Virus record (IMG/VR): IMGVR_UViG_3300002542_000006
Span: 4,740 to 68,739 of that record
Source: a virus
Strand: one strand, 5' to 3'
DNA length: 64,000 bases
Below the pieces are notes generated by a model. It searched no databases, had not been told where the DNA came from, and worked only from the letters and a program-made list of their open reading frames with translations. Of this stretch, positions 9,449 to 19,161 are shown in pieces. Every line of letters begins with the position of its first letter. Position 1 is the first letter of the stretch. The position numbers and the translations under genes are program-made.

Positions 9449-9733
9449 GGACATGACTGCGAGATGAGCCTGATCATCAAACCCAAATTTATTTTCGCCT
9501 ACCATTCCTGAAAACCTCTTTCTGAGAGCACAGCAAAATCCTCTTCACTCTCTGCGACGGTTAATCCAATGCGATAGGATTAACCCAGACAGAAAAATCC
9601 GAGGAAATATCGCCGATTACCCCTAATATGATAGTGGGATAATTTGTGACCTCAGTTTTTCAAAGAGGCCGAGGAATGGACTCGACGATTTCATTAATTC
9701 TTGCATAATACGACTCTCTCGCAAATCATTCCC
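9449..9733 (-). ncRNA. Uncharacterised structured non-coding RNA (~285 nt)
   Basis: No convincing ORF; AACA-N6-TG promoter places +1 at 9733; 5' end pairs with 3' end (about 17 bp with bulges); further long-range helices, hairpins and a pseudoknot; G-U wobbles favour the minus strand. Confidence 0.75.
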
Positions 9734-9778
9734 AATATATTGTTCATAAATTTCCAATATTTTGCTTTTGACCCAAAG

Positions 9779-11977
9779 TCAAGAGTATTGACTGATAAAC
9801 TCTGATAGTAGCATCACAGGGATGCCTTTTTTCCTTGCAATTAATGCTTTCTTACCATCGAGTCTATCAGGAGTCACTACAAGCAAATCATATTTACTTC
9901 CTGTTTCAATAATCTTAAAATTTAATGCTTTGCATATTTTTTCAAACTCAGGATTATTCCTAAATCCTGACACCAATATTACTTTATCATAATCCTTTTT
10001 AGTATCAACACAATTTAGCAGATTCTTCAATTCGACAAATTCTTCATAGGCGTTAATAAGACCTTTGGAGAAATCTTTGGCCTTCTTATCAATACCTTTT
10101 ACCGTCTTCAATTTTTTATAGAGAACATTTTCATCTTTGGATGACATCAACTGCTCTAATTCTTTTATAGAAATTTTATCGAGAATTTTTTCAGCAGTCT
10201 TCGTCCGAAGACCCGGTATTCTCAAAAGATCTATAACTTTTGGATATTCGATAGGTGCCTTTATTTTATTTTGAAACTCATTCCAGGCTTTTTCCAAGTT
10301 TAGACCTTTGAGAACTTTAGAAAGATCTTTATATCCCATTTTTATAAACTCGATTGCATTGGATATGCCTACAATTTCCACCAAGTCATTCGCGATTTCT
10401 TCCCCAAAGAAATCGAGATTCAGAATCCGTATTGCTTCCAGGATTCTTCCTACTTTATGACCAGGACAATCTTCATTGATACATTTTAACATATCTTTAG
10501 TTACAATAAGCTCAAAATTACATTTTATGCAATGTGTTGGAAGCATAAGAGGTTCTCCATTCTTAGCCGGTTTACATGTATCATCTTTATAGATGTATCC
10601 CATAACGTCTGCATTGTAGGATACAATAACTTCATCCCCAATATGAGGATTAAGTTCTTTAAATCTTGTAATATTGTTAACCGGAGCTTTCTCATATCGA
10701 ACACCATTAAATTCAATTGGCTCGAATGTTATATTAACTCCGATAAACCCCTGCTTCCCCATAGATGGAAGTATCCCAGTGATTTTCGTTCTCTGCATCA
10801 TTGCATCGAATTTATAGGCAATTTGCCACTTGTTCTTATTACTGGATCTTCCAAGTTCATTCTTTAAAGTATGGTTAACTATACTTATAACCAATCCATC
10901 TATACTATATGGAATCTGAGATCTTTTAGATGAATATTCCTGTACTGTTTTCTCTATCTCAGAAAGAAGTTCATCAATATTTCCATACAAATAAGTATAT
11001 TCATATGGGAATTTTTCAGAACTATCAAAAAATACACAGGAGTTTCTCATTCTAATAAAGATATTTTCAAATGTTGCATCGCGATTTTTATCTAGTTTCC
11101 CATACAGATCTATAATTCTATCATCTGTAAGTAGCGGAACTAAAGTTACACACTTGTTAATCTCTATTAATTCATCTTTAGGCGTTTTCGGATTAGAGAT
11201 ACGTTTTAGGGCTGATGCAATTGCCGCCCGTCTTGTAGAGTAATTAATATTCACAATTTCACTGAGTCTTTTTCTTCCATACTCAGTCACAATTGCTTCA
11301 TATTGAATTCCCACAGTTTTAGGAAGTAATACAGTGTCAATCCAACGTATAGGATTTCTTCCAATCAAAATATTGGAGAGATCTACACCCTTATTTTCTT
11401 CAAAATTACCCCTGGTTACTGCCTTTACAGGGGTCAAAATATTTTCATTATTTCTAAACGTTATAGTTACGGATGTACCGTCGAACTTAGGGGCTATAAT
11501 AATCCCAAGTTTCTTTCTAGAAGTTTCTTTCATTATTTTTCTTAACCATTTTTCCACAGAGGGCTTATCGCTAACATTATAAACAGTATAAGCCTTATCC
11601 AAAGTACCAGCAAGTTCAGGGAAATCCTGCTCAGTACTTCTCATACCAGCTGGGATGAATGATTGAAACGGCTCTTTCCCATCATTGAGATTTTTATATA
11701 TCTCAATAAGCCTATCATACATATCATCCGGCATCAATCTATACAGAATTCCACTCATGTACTGATTTAGCTCATAAAGCGACTTAGATACTTTCAAGAT
11801 ATTCTCTAAGCCCTTTAATTCATCCACGGTTATAGATTCATCGGGTTTGAAAACTATTTCATGTAGAGTCAGCACGATCTCAGGATCTTGTAATCCTACA
11901 GCCGCTGAAGCATACTGTCCATTATCAATGTAGTTTAGTAGTCGTCCTGTTATCTTACTGAATTTAGCCATCCTCAT
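9779..11977 (-). CDS. ligA: NAD-dependent DNA ligase
   Basis: KFDG adenylation motif, DGLVI, WQIAYKF, C4 zinc finger CIKC..C..C, HhH region and C-terminal BRCT-like domain. Confidence 0.93.
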   Translation of the reverse strand: MRMAKFSKITGRLLNYIDNGQYASAAVGLQDPEIVLTLHEIVFKPDESITVDELKGLENILKVSKSLYELNQYMSGILYRLMPDDMYDRLIEIYKNLNDGKEPFQSFIPAGMRSTEQDFPELAGTLDKAYTVYNVSDKPSVEKWLRKIMKETSRKKLGIIIAPKFDGTSVTITFRNNENILTPVKAVTRGNFEENKGVDLSNILIGRNPIRWIDTVLLPKTVGIQYEAIVTEYGRKRLSEIVNINYSTRRAAIASALKRISNPKTPKDELIEINKCVTLVPLLTDDRIIDLYGKLDKNRDATFENIFIRMRNSCVFFDSSEKFPYEYTYLYGNIDELLSEIEKTVQEYSSKRSQIPYSIDGLVISIVNHTLKNELGRSSNKNKWQIAYKFDAMMQRTKITGILPSMGKQGFIGVNITFEPIEFNGVRYEKAPVNNITRFKELNPHIGDEVIVSYNADVMGYIYKDDTCKPAKNGEPLMLPTHCIKCNFELIVTKDMLKCINEDCPGHKVGRILEAIRILNLDFFGEEIANDLVEIVGISNAIEFIKMGYKDLSKVLKGLNLEKAWNEFQNKIKAPIEYPKVIDLLRIPGLRTKTAEKILDKISIKELEQLMSSKDENVLYKKLKTVKGIDKKAKDFSKGLINAYEEFVELKNLLNCVDTKKDYDKVILVSGFRNNPEFEKICKALNFKIIETGSKYDLLVVTPDRLDGKKALIARKKGIPVMLLSEFISQYS

Positions 11978-12024
11978 TCCCCTTCTTCTATTTACTTCTA
12001 TATGAATAATATATACTTTCTAAA

Positions 12025-12069
12025 AATATTATTAGGAGTGCACAGAAATCGTGCACTCCTAATAATATT
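12025..12069 (-). terminator. Long hairpin/terminator after the RNAP beta C-terminal gene
   Basis: 19-bp perfect inverted repeat AATATTATTAGGAGTGCAC / GTGCACTCCTAATAATATT. Confidence 0.7.
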
Positions 12070-12070
12070 T

Positions 12071-14158
12071 TTATCGTCTCAGTTTATCCCATCCATCAAA
12101 GAATATTTTTATAGATTTCTTATCCATACTTTTAATTTCATCCAAAAGAATATCTCTAACCTCTTCATCAGATCCTCCATATTCAAACTCTAGGGCCATA
12201 CCACATACCATAAATGTAGCATTAAATAGATCAACTACCCTAGATTTTGGATTCTTCATCTCTATACGAAGATCTTCGGAGAAAATATTTGTATGAAGAA
12301 GTTGAGAAAATTCACGCCTTCCAGTTACAGAAGTACAATAAAGTCTTGTAAAGAAATTGATGGCCGCAGGATCGTTACAGAGATTCAAGATATCCATCTC
12401 CATATTACCAATCCTGATAGCTTGGTTATTAAACAATGCTGTACCTCTGCTATATGCATGAGATTTAATAGGCAAAAATGTTCTAGGATTAATTGTACCT
12501 TTAGATCTTACAGAGAATTTCGTTATTGGCTCATGTTTAAGTCTGTAGATATACGTATCAGACATAATCATCTTACGTTGAATATTATAAACCCCTCCGG
12601 ATTTATCCATAAACGTAAACCTTTTCTTCTTAGGTTCAAATCTCTCTATAAGTTTTGAATAGTTCTTAAAGCTAATAGACATACTTGGGGGTTGGAATAT
12701 AACAAATTCTTTAGTAATTTGTGATAGGAATTCTTCCTTCTCCTCTTTATCGAGGGATTTATAGAACTCCCTTACCATTTTTTCTTGGTCGGGGTTACAT
12801 ATCGACAAGAAATCCAGAAGTGCTTCGAATTTCTTTTTCTTAGGAGCATCCCCTTCCAGAATCTGATCCACAATCCAGTTCAATTCAAGTTCATATAGCT
12901 GAGATGGATTCAGACGTCCAATGACGCTCAGAGCACTAAAGATGACTTCTACATATTCACCATCTTCACTTCTTGGCATGTATTTTTCTGGAACTATCTC
13001 GGAAACAACACCTTTATTCCCATGGCGTCCAACAAGTTTTGTTCCGACTACAGCCTTTTTCTCATTAACTACAGTTATATAGATGATTATGTCATCAAAA
13101 ATCGATCCATCATCATCCCACTTGACATGCTTCCCGATGCTCATCACATCTTTAGCGCGAGAATATGTTATACCAATTTGATCCGAATATTCATTTTCCG
13201 GGTTCCCAACAATTTCTTCAAGTGTTTCTTTAAGCTCGCGCCAATAATTGTTAATCAACTTCATATATTTCAAAATTTGGTGATTGACCTTATCAGTGGA
13301 AATTTCATCAATTGGTATATTAGAATAAATATCAATATCTACTACAGTTCCTTCTGCATAATATAGAGTATCACCAAACATCTCTTTTCTAAGATTTTTA
13401 CTTTTTAGCATATATTGTGCGTTATTATAATCAATTCTCCGTCTCCCACACAATACTTTATTTCTAACTTCCTCTCCAATATCCGGAAATGCCTTATAGA
13501 CTTCACTATTTCCGTAAAGATTGAGTAGGATATCGTTAGTATTCTTTGGGATCTTGTAAGTATTTACGTTCGTGACTTTCAATCTTTTTGCAAGTTTGTC
13601 AGAAATCCTGAATGCGTCCTCAACAATTGCTGGATCTACCATATATACGGTCTTTGCATTTATACCTAAGCGATAGTTCATATTATCATCATAGGAGCGG
13701 GATCTGTATAGGATCTCCCCCGATTTTACTTTATCTCCAACTTTCTTAGAATCAATAATTTTATTATTCATTTTTACACCAGTTGCTTCTGCAAAAGCTT
13801 CAACTTCATTCCTAAATACAATATCGTAATAATTTTTGCCAGCTTCTTTAAGAATCAAAGCATAAACAAAATCATTGTCAAATTTTCTAATCTTCTTTAC
13901 AACTTCAAAATTTTTATCAGATCTATAGTAGGAAGTCGACCTATCTCCAAACAATTTCTCATATCCAGTCACGATTCTCGGAATTTCCGGATTTTCAAGA
14001 TTTTTAGATTGTGCAATCTGTTGGAAGATCAGAGCCGCCCGAGAAGAGTTTACTTTATTCCCAATCGGTATAAATAAACCGCTTCCGAGAGCGTGGTCAA
14101 TATTTTTAATCTCACTAGCTATTCTATCAAGTTCTTCCATTTGTTCTGGTTGTAACAT
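12071..14158 (-). CDS. RNA polymerase beta-like subunit, C-terminal half (probably non-virion RNAP)
   Basis: GTKLVGRHGNKGVVS, YRLKHEP and RIGNMEMD are hallmark beta-subunit motifs. Confidence 0.92.
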   Translation of the reverse strand: MLQPEQMEELDRIASEIKNIDHALGSGLFIPIGNKVNSSRAALIFQQIAQSKNLENPEIPRIVTGYEKLFGDRSTSYYRSDKNFEVVKKIRKFDNDFVYALILKEAGKNYYDIVFRNEVEAFAEATGVKMNNKIIDSKKVGDKVKSGEILYRSRSYDDNMNYRLGINAKTVYMVDPAIVEDAFRISDKLAKRLKVTNVNTYKIPKNTNDILLNLYGNSEVYKAFPDIGEEVRNKVLCGRRRIDYNNAQYMLKSKNLRKEMFGDTLYYAEGTVVDIDIYSNIPIDEISTDKVNHQILKYMKLINNYWRELKETLEEIVGNPENEYSDQIGITYSRAKDVMSIGKHVKWDDDGSIFDDIIIYITVVNEKKAVVGTKLVGRHGNKGVVSEIVPEKYMPRSEDGEYVEVIFSALSVIGRLNPSQLYELELNWIVDQILEGDAPKKKKFEALLDFLSICNPDQEKMVREFYKSLDKEEKEEFLSQITKEFVIFQPPSMSISFKNYSKLIERFEPKKKRFTFMDKSGGVYNIQRKMIMSDTYIYRLKHEPITKFSVRSKGTINPRTFLPIKSHAYSRGTALFNNQAIRIGNMEMDILNLCNDPAAINFFTRLYCTSVTGRREFSQLLHTNIFSEDLRIEMKNPKSRVVDLFNATFMVCGMALEFEYGGSDEEVRDILLDEIKSMDKKSIKIFFDGWDKLRR

Positions 14159-14177
14159 TTACTTTTCCTCCCTTTAG

Positions 14178-14582
14178 TTATTTTAATATATAAATTTTAG
14201 CTATTTTTTCATCCCTTATGTCAATTAATATTTTTATTATTCTAATAATAGAACCTTCAGTCGTGTCATCAAATTTCTTTTCAGCTTTTCTTTGTTTCTG
14301 AATCAGATCAAAGAGACCCAATAATCTAAAATTTTTTAACTCAATTACAATATTATGATTTTGAGTTTTAAATCGTTCAAGTAGATTTAAATAAATCATG
14401 TTAAGATCTTTGGCGTCTATAATCATAGACTCACTATCTTCTAATTTTTGAAGTTTATAGCCACTCAAATAAACCTCATTAACAATTTGAATACAGCTAA
14501 GGAGCGGTAATTTATAATTAGACTTTTCTTGCAAATAACTAACATCGTTAGTAACACTATCAATTCTAATTCTAAATGACAT
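14178..14582 (-). CDS. Early hypothetical protein (134 aa) carrying a copy of the RecA N-terminal peptide
   Basis: ATG at 14582 after GGAGG; contains LGLFDLIQKQRKAEKKFDDT. Confidence 0.65.
   Translation of the reverse strand: MSFRIRIDSVTNDVSYLQEKSNYKLPLLSCIQIVNEVYLSGYKLQKLEDSESMIIDAKDLNMIYLNLLERFKTQNHNIVIELKNFRLLGLFDLIQKQRKAEKKFDDTTEGSIIRIIKILIDIRDEKIAKIYILK
14262..14323. repeat. 62-bp direct repeat, copy 1 (inside the 134-aa ORF)
   Basis: 61/62 identical to 15956-16017. Confidence 0.95.
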
Positions 14583-14662
14583 GAATAGACCTCCTAGCAA
14601 TAATAATAGGTGGATAGGAATTTATCCTATCCACACTAATAATATATATTTTTGTCGGAAAT

Positions 14663-16024
14663 TTAATAATTTTTAAACCAATATTTCTTTCTATTGAAGT
14701 CTGAATTTCCTTTAAGGAAATCCGTCCACCCTTGATTTTTGTAGAATTCAATATCCTTCTCATGTTCCTCAAGAGCCAAATACATTGAATCCAGTTTTTG
14801 AGTTTCACTTTCCGCGCCCCCCAACCGTCCAGTATCAGTTGAGAGCATTGCTTCAAGATGAGGCTTACATGCTTCATATAAAGCCTCGAGAATTTCAGGA
14901 GATTTCATTACTACATCTTTAAATGTTTTCTTAGTAAATTTCACGCTTTCTAGACCTGGTAAATAATGAGCTCGGTTGTTTCCCAAGAGAACTCCATTTC
15001 TCACTGCAAAATTAAATAGCGTTAAAGTCTTTGAAAAGCCACCCTTACGGTGATCAAACACAAGCTCAATAGGAATATTTGAGGCATTTGTGCGGGATTT
15101 AATATATTTTGCCTCTACAAGAAACCCAGGAATTCCGTATTCCATAGTATCAGGTTTGTCAGCCAAATACTTCTTAATGAGTCTAAGCTTAATAATATTA
15201 TTAGCAAGATAAAGAGATGCCATACCACCAGGCATAGATTCACCTTGAGAAAGATACATGTGTTGATTCGCCTTGGGTAAAAATCCTGTATTAACATCTT
15301 GGTTAATATGATTTACCGCAATAATTCCAACATTGGCCTTCTTACCGTAAGCCAACATTTGAGTCAATATAGCTTTATTGAACTTTGCGGATGTTGCAGC
15401 TTGCATATTGTTAGTAACATCTTCAATTTTTTTGGTTGCGATGTCAATTTCTCTACTCTTAAACATTGCAAATGAGTCTATAAGAGCGAATGAGGGATAG
15501 AGCTCCTCAATCTCTTCTCCATAAATATCATAAATTCCCGTCTTATAAGTAAACATTTTTCTATTATTAAGTTTTATATCACAGTGAGTCTTAAAAATGT
15601 CTACCACATCTTCTGCCCCTCTATCGCGATAAATCTCATATGTTTTTCTGATAATAGAGGGCTTCAATCTAGTAATAGTCAACGGGCGCTGGATAGTAGA
15701 TGCCAGCTCAAGATCAAAATGAGTTACCGCAGACATTTCACCAAATTTATGAATTCCAGAGACTGCAAGATCAATCGCAAGAGCTGTTTTACCTGTACCA
15801 GAAATTCCTATAACAGTAGCAAATGTTCCACCTACAATTCCAATTGAATCGGTTCTGGCAATAGGTCTATCATTTTCATCATATGATGTGATACGAATAC
15901 CATTAGCATAATCCAACGGAAGATGACCCGAGGGATAACTTATTTCAGTGACAACCGTGTCATCAAATTTCTTTTCAGCTTTTCTTTGTTTCTGAATCAG
16001 ATCAAGGAGACCCAATATTATCAT
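14663..16024 (-). CDS. recA: RecA/UvsX-like recombinase
   Basis: YPSGHLPLDYANG (cf. ISTGSLSLDIALG), Walker A GISGTGKT, Walker B LIDSF, AVNHI, PGG motif. Confidence 0.88.
   Translation of the reverse strand: MIILGLLDLIQKQRKAEKKFDDTVVTEISYPSGHLPLDYANGIRITSYDENDRPIARTDSIGIVGGTFATVIGISGTGKTALAIDLAVSGIHKFGEMSAVTHFDLELASTIQRPLTITRLKPSIIRKTYEIYRDRGAEDVVDIFKTHCDIKLNNRKMFTYKTGIYDIYGEEIEELYPSFALIDSFAMFKSREIDIATKKIEDVTNNMQAATSAKFNKAILTQMLAYGKKANVGIIAVNHINQDVNTGFLPKANQHMYLSQGESMPGGMASLYLANNIIKLRLIKKYLADKPDTMEYGIPGFLVEAKYIKSRTNASNIPIELVFDHRKGGFSKTLTLFNFAVRNGVLLGNNRAHYLPGLESVKFTKKTFKDVVMKSPEILEALYEACKPHLEAMLSTDTGRLGGAESETQKLDSMYLALEEHEKDIEFYKNQGWTDFLKGNSDFNRKKYWFKNY
15956..16017. repeat. 62-bp direct repeat, copy 2 (5' end of recA)
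   Basis: 61/62 identical to 14262-14323. Confidence 0.95.
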
Positions 16025-16072
16025 CCTCTCTATACATCGGTATCTAATTGCGTGTTCGAAATGAAATAAATA

Positions 16073-16110
16073 AATAAGAGAGATAGGAGAAAACTCCTAT
16101 CTCTCTTATT
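16073..16110 (-). terminator. Intrinsic terminator
   Basis: 17-bp perfect stem with AAAA loop, A/T flanks. Confidence 0.75.
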
Positions 16111-16121
16111 TATTACTACTC

Positions 16122-16811
16122 TTAAGTTTTAGGGTTCACACATACAGTGGATAAATCAAATTTAGGAATCTCTAATCTCCTGGCAGAAATTTTTTCTACC
16201 TTTTCATGAAAAGTTTCAATAGTAAAATATTCTACATTATTTTGCCTAAAACGTGCTTTAGGTTGTTTCATACCCTCTACAATTGTATTATAATTGGCAA
16301 ATACGATTCTTTCAACTTGAACAACTTTGCCGCCGTTAAATCCGTATCGAATTTCAATACCGAAATCTTTATTGTTATCAACGTCAATAGCTGCGATAGT
16401 AACTCTTGTTCTAAAGTCTTTATTGGTTATAAAACTAGAAATCGCTTTCATATTTATAAAATTGATATCCGTAATCACTTCACCATTTTTAGTTTCATAG
16501 TTAAACATAAGAATATTTCTATCTTCACTTTTATCTTGAGCAGCTGTTATTACTGGCAGATATCTATCAGGATCAAGTTGAACCGAGTACAGCTTAGTAA
16601 ACTGATTTATATTTGGGAAAACTCTTCCCGCTTCTACGACTGTAAGATCCTCATATTTATTTTTATCAATAGCGAGAAAAACCCCTCTATCCACCCCAGA
16701 GAGGGAAATTGAGTGGCTTTTTCTTTTTGGGTTTTTATCATTAGTCTTGGTAAATACTTCCCAACCTTCAATAACACTATCTTCCGGCACATGGTTATAT
16801 AATCTTATCAT
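16122..16811 (-). CDS. Hypothetical protein
   Basis: 229-aa ORF, SD AAAGGA, AACC-N6-TA upstream. Confidence 0.7.
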   Translation of the reverse strand: MIRLYNHVPEDSVIEGWEVFTKTNDKNPKRKSHSISLSGVDRGVFLAIDKNKYEDLTVVEAGRVFPNINQFTKLYSVQLDPDRYLPVITAAQDKSEDRNILMFNYETKNGEVITDINFINMKAISSFITNKDFRTRVTIAAIDVDNNKDFGIEIRYGFNGGKVVQVERIVFANYNTIVEGMKQPKARFRQNNVEYFTIETFHEKVEKISARRLEIPKFDLSTVCVNPKT

Positions 16812-16914
16812 AATTCACGGTTCCTTTCCCTTGGATTATTTTACCTATTTAGGGGTTAATTAAATAATAAAAAGAAAAAAATAATCGGAGGGAGCTTATT
16901 TCCCTCCGATTATC

Positions 16915-17838
16915 TCATATGTCAAGATAAACACGGTACATTTTATTCTTCTTAGCAAGTTTCTTCATAACCTTCCAAATTTTCTTATAGTCTTCTTTGT
17001 TAATAGTGGAGAGATTAATTCTTCTCCGGATATATTGTTCAAACTCAGATTTTCTTCTTTCATTGCAGTATAGTTTCAGAAGTTTCTTGATTTCATCTTT
17101 TTCTTGAATATTTATCTCATCCAAAGCTATTCTCGTTAATACAGAGTATAGCTCGGGATTTATCCAACTCGATTTTGAAAAATCTGGCTTTTTCTCAAGG
17201 AGGATATAAACCGCAACTTTGGGAATATCCTTCTTTCCATAAAGCTTGATAAGGAGTTTCCTCATACTTTTGTAGTCTTTAAACTTACAAACACTGTAGA
17301 TCATTTTCAGTGTGTTGTTCATAGTATGGCTAGGTGAGCCATGTGAAACAATACAGAGTTTCAATGCCTCGTTCCAGTCAATGCCATCAAGACCCAGATT
17401 GACAATCTTCTTGATTCGTCTCTCGTTGAGGTCTTCATAGATGCTTGAGTAAATGGAGATCATTTCTTTATACCTGTTTCTCCGAACTCGGCTAAGTTCA
17501 GACACAGCATTGGAGATGATCTCACTAAACTCTTCTCCATGTTTGATTATAAAATCATAATTCTTCCTAACGATCTTAGGAAGAATAGAAACGAACCCGA
17601 AATCTTGTGTCATGTTGAATATATAGTCAGGCCGTTTCCTATGACCGCGCTTCCATTCAATATAATCATTGAATAGAGTCTCAAGATGTTGCTGTACTGA
17701 AATCTCTATCACCTCCAACGGTTCACGTAAAAATGTTTTAGGAGATTCATAGAGTTTATCAAGTTTTTTAGCACGGGTCGACCTTTTGGCCGACCCGTTT
17801 TGCTCCCTATTTTGTACATTTCGAAATTTAATTTTCAT
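16915..17838 (-). CDS. Hypothetical basic helical protein, co-transcribed with tubulin
   Basis: 307-aa ORF starting 21 nt downstream of the tubulin stop. Confidence 0.7.
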   Translation of the reverse strand: MKIKFRNVQNREQNGSAKRSTRAKKLDKLYESPKTFLREPLEVIEISVQQHLETLFNDYIEWKRGHRKRPDYIFNMTQDFGFVSILPKIVRKNYDFIIKHGEEFSEIISNAVSELSRVRRNRYKEMISIYSSIYEDLNERRIKKIVNLGLDGIDWNEALKLCIVSHGSPSHTMNNTLKMIYSVCKFKDYKSMRKLLIKLYGKKDIPKVAVYILLEKKPDFSKSSWINPELYSVLTRIALDEINIQEKDEIKKLLKLYCNERRKSEFEQYIRRRINLSTINKEDYKKIWKVMKKLAKKNKMYRVYLDI

Positions 17839-17858
17839 ATCTTCACCTACTCCAGTTG

Positions 17859-19049
17859 TTAAAATGCATCAAACACAGAGGAACCTCTGCCGGTTCCGTC
17901 CGACTTCCCATCCCCAGCAAGTTTCAGCGGGGAATCAGATTCCCGTTCAATCACCGGGATTCTTTCTTTCTCTTTGGCATTTTCATATTCAGCAATCCGA
18001 CGCTCGATCATTTTGAATCGATCAATCGGAGCCGCCATTCCCGACATAATCATTGCAAATTCAGGCCCTTGACCACTGTTATTCTGAAGATGTCTGAATA
18101 CGAGGCCGCTTGTCGGGATACCAGCAATCGAATTCTGCACATCATCGAATGTGGTATCAATCAGATGATAAACTTCCGGATCTGTGTTCATAAAGAATCC
18201 ATAAGCATCCGGAGAATTGGTTGTTACAGCAGTGGAATTCTCAATTGCATTTTGAATTCGCCCAATGAGATCCACATTTTCTTCAGAGACACTGATATTA
18301 AGCTTCGGAATCGTGATAACCGACATCAACCCTTTGAAGGAAGTGAGTCGAGCATAGTCACGACCGTCAATATTGCTCCGAGAGTTCTCAATAAAGAATT
18401 CTTTGGAGAGAACCCGAATAGCAGTCACAACGTCATGATTGACTTTTTCATATACCTCATCTCCGACCTTATTCCGCACCCTGTTATTATCAAACAGGAG
18501 GTACGGGATATCCAATTTGTTTTCAAGATCAGACATGAACTCCCGCATATTCTTTTGCGAGACAAGGTCTTCCTTGATCGAGCCGAGAATTCCAATCATG
18601 AAGATCATCTTGTTTGGGTACTCGGTCTTCAAGTAGGCAGCGGTCATCGGAGAGATAATTGTTCCAGTACCTCCGCCGCCGGTTCCCACGATGAAGATAA
18701 GATCGTTCTTCATCAATTCTTTAATTCCATCATGTTCAAAGAATGACTTATAAGAGCGTTTGAATTCATTTGCCGAAAATGCGCGATCTTTACCAGACCC
18801 ATTCACATTTTCGATGGCGACTTTATGATCGACATTCAAATCGACCATGTCGGCTTGGGTTGTGTTGAATGCTGCCGTTGCATAACCATCGTAATAGCTC
18901 ATCAGATGAGCAATGTTGCCGCCACCGGCCCCGATTCCAATAACACTAGCAGTCATCTTCATTTTGTAATTCTCCTTTTTAGATTGAATTTTCGAAAGAT
19001 TTTCCTTTAAGGATTGAGTCAGAATTTGACCTGCTTCTTTTTTGGACAT
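17859..19049 (-). CDS. Tubulin/FtsZ-family GTPase (PhuZ/TubZ-like)
   Basis: GIGAGGGNIA, GSGKD, GTGGGGTGT signature, T7-loop-like NIDGRD; acidic/flexible C-terminal tail. Confidence 0.92.
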   Translation of the reverse strand: MSKKEAGQILTQSLKENLSKIQSKKENYKMKMTASVIGIGAGGGNIAHLMSYYDGYATAAFNTTQADMVDLNVDHKVAIENVNGSGKDRAFSANEFKRSYKSFFEHDGIKELMKNDLIFIVGTGGGGTGTIISPMTAAYLKTEYPNKMIFMIGILGSIKEDLVSQKNMREFMSDLENKLDIPYLLFDNNRVRNKVGDEVYEKVNHDVVTAIRVLSKEFFIENSRSNIDGRDYARLTSFKGLMSVITIPKLNISVSEENVDLIGRIQNAIENSTAVTTNSPDAYGFFMNTDPEVYHLIDTTFDDVQNSIAGIPTSGLVFRHLQNNSGQGPEFAMIMSGMAAPIDRFKMIERRIAEYENAKEKERIPVIERESDSPLKLAGDGKSDGTGRGSSVFDAF

Positions 19050-19161
19050 TTTTTAACAACCTCCAGTATAGTAATATAAAAAATGATGACTACTAATTAG
19101 TAGTCATCACAAAATAATAATATATATTTATAACCCTTTTCGGGACTATTGTGGAGGTATA

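Noticed and set aside
9449-9733. tmRNA, RNase P or SRP identity for the structured RNA
   Set aside because: No tRNA-like acceptor/T-arm or CCA end; the tag-like frame GENKFGFDDQAHLAV does not stop appropriately; no GAGGAAAGUCC P4 or SRP helix-8 motif
6426-14158. Introns or inteins in RNAP, ligase, helicase or topoisomerase genes, as found in AR9
   Set aside because: Reading frames are continuous, with no intein splice-junction motifs or embedded homing endonucleases recognised
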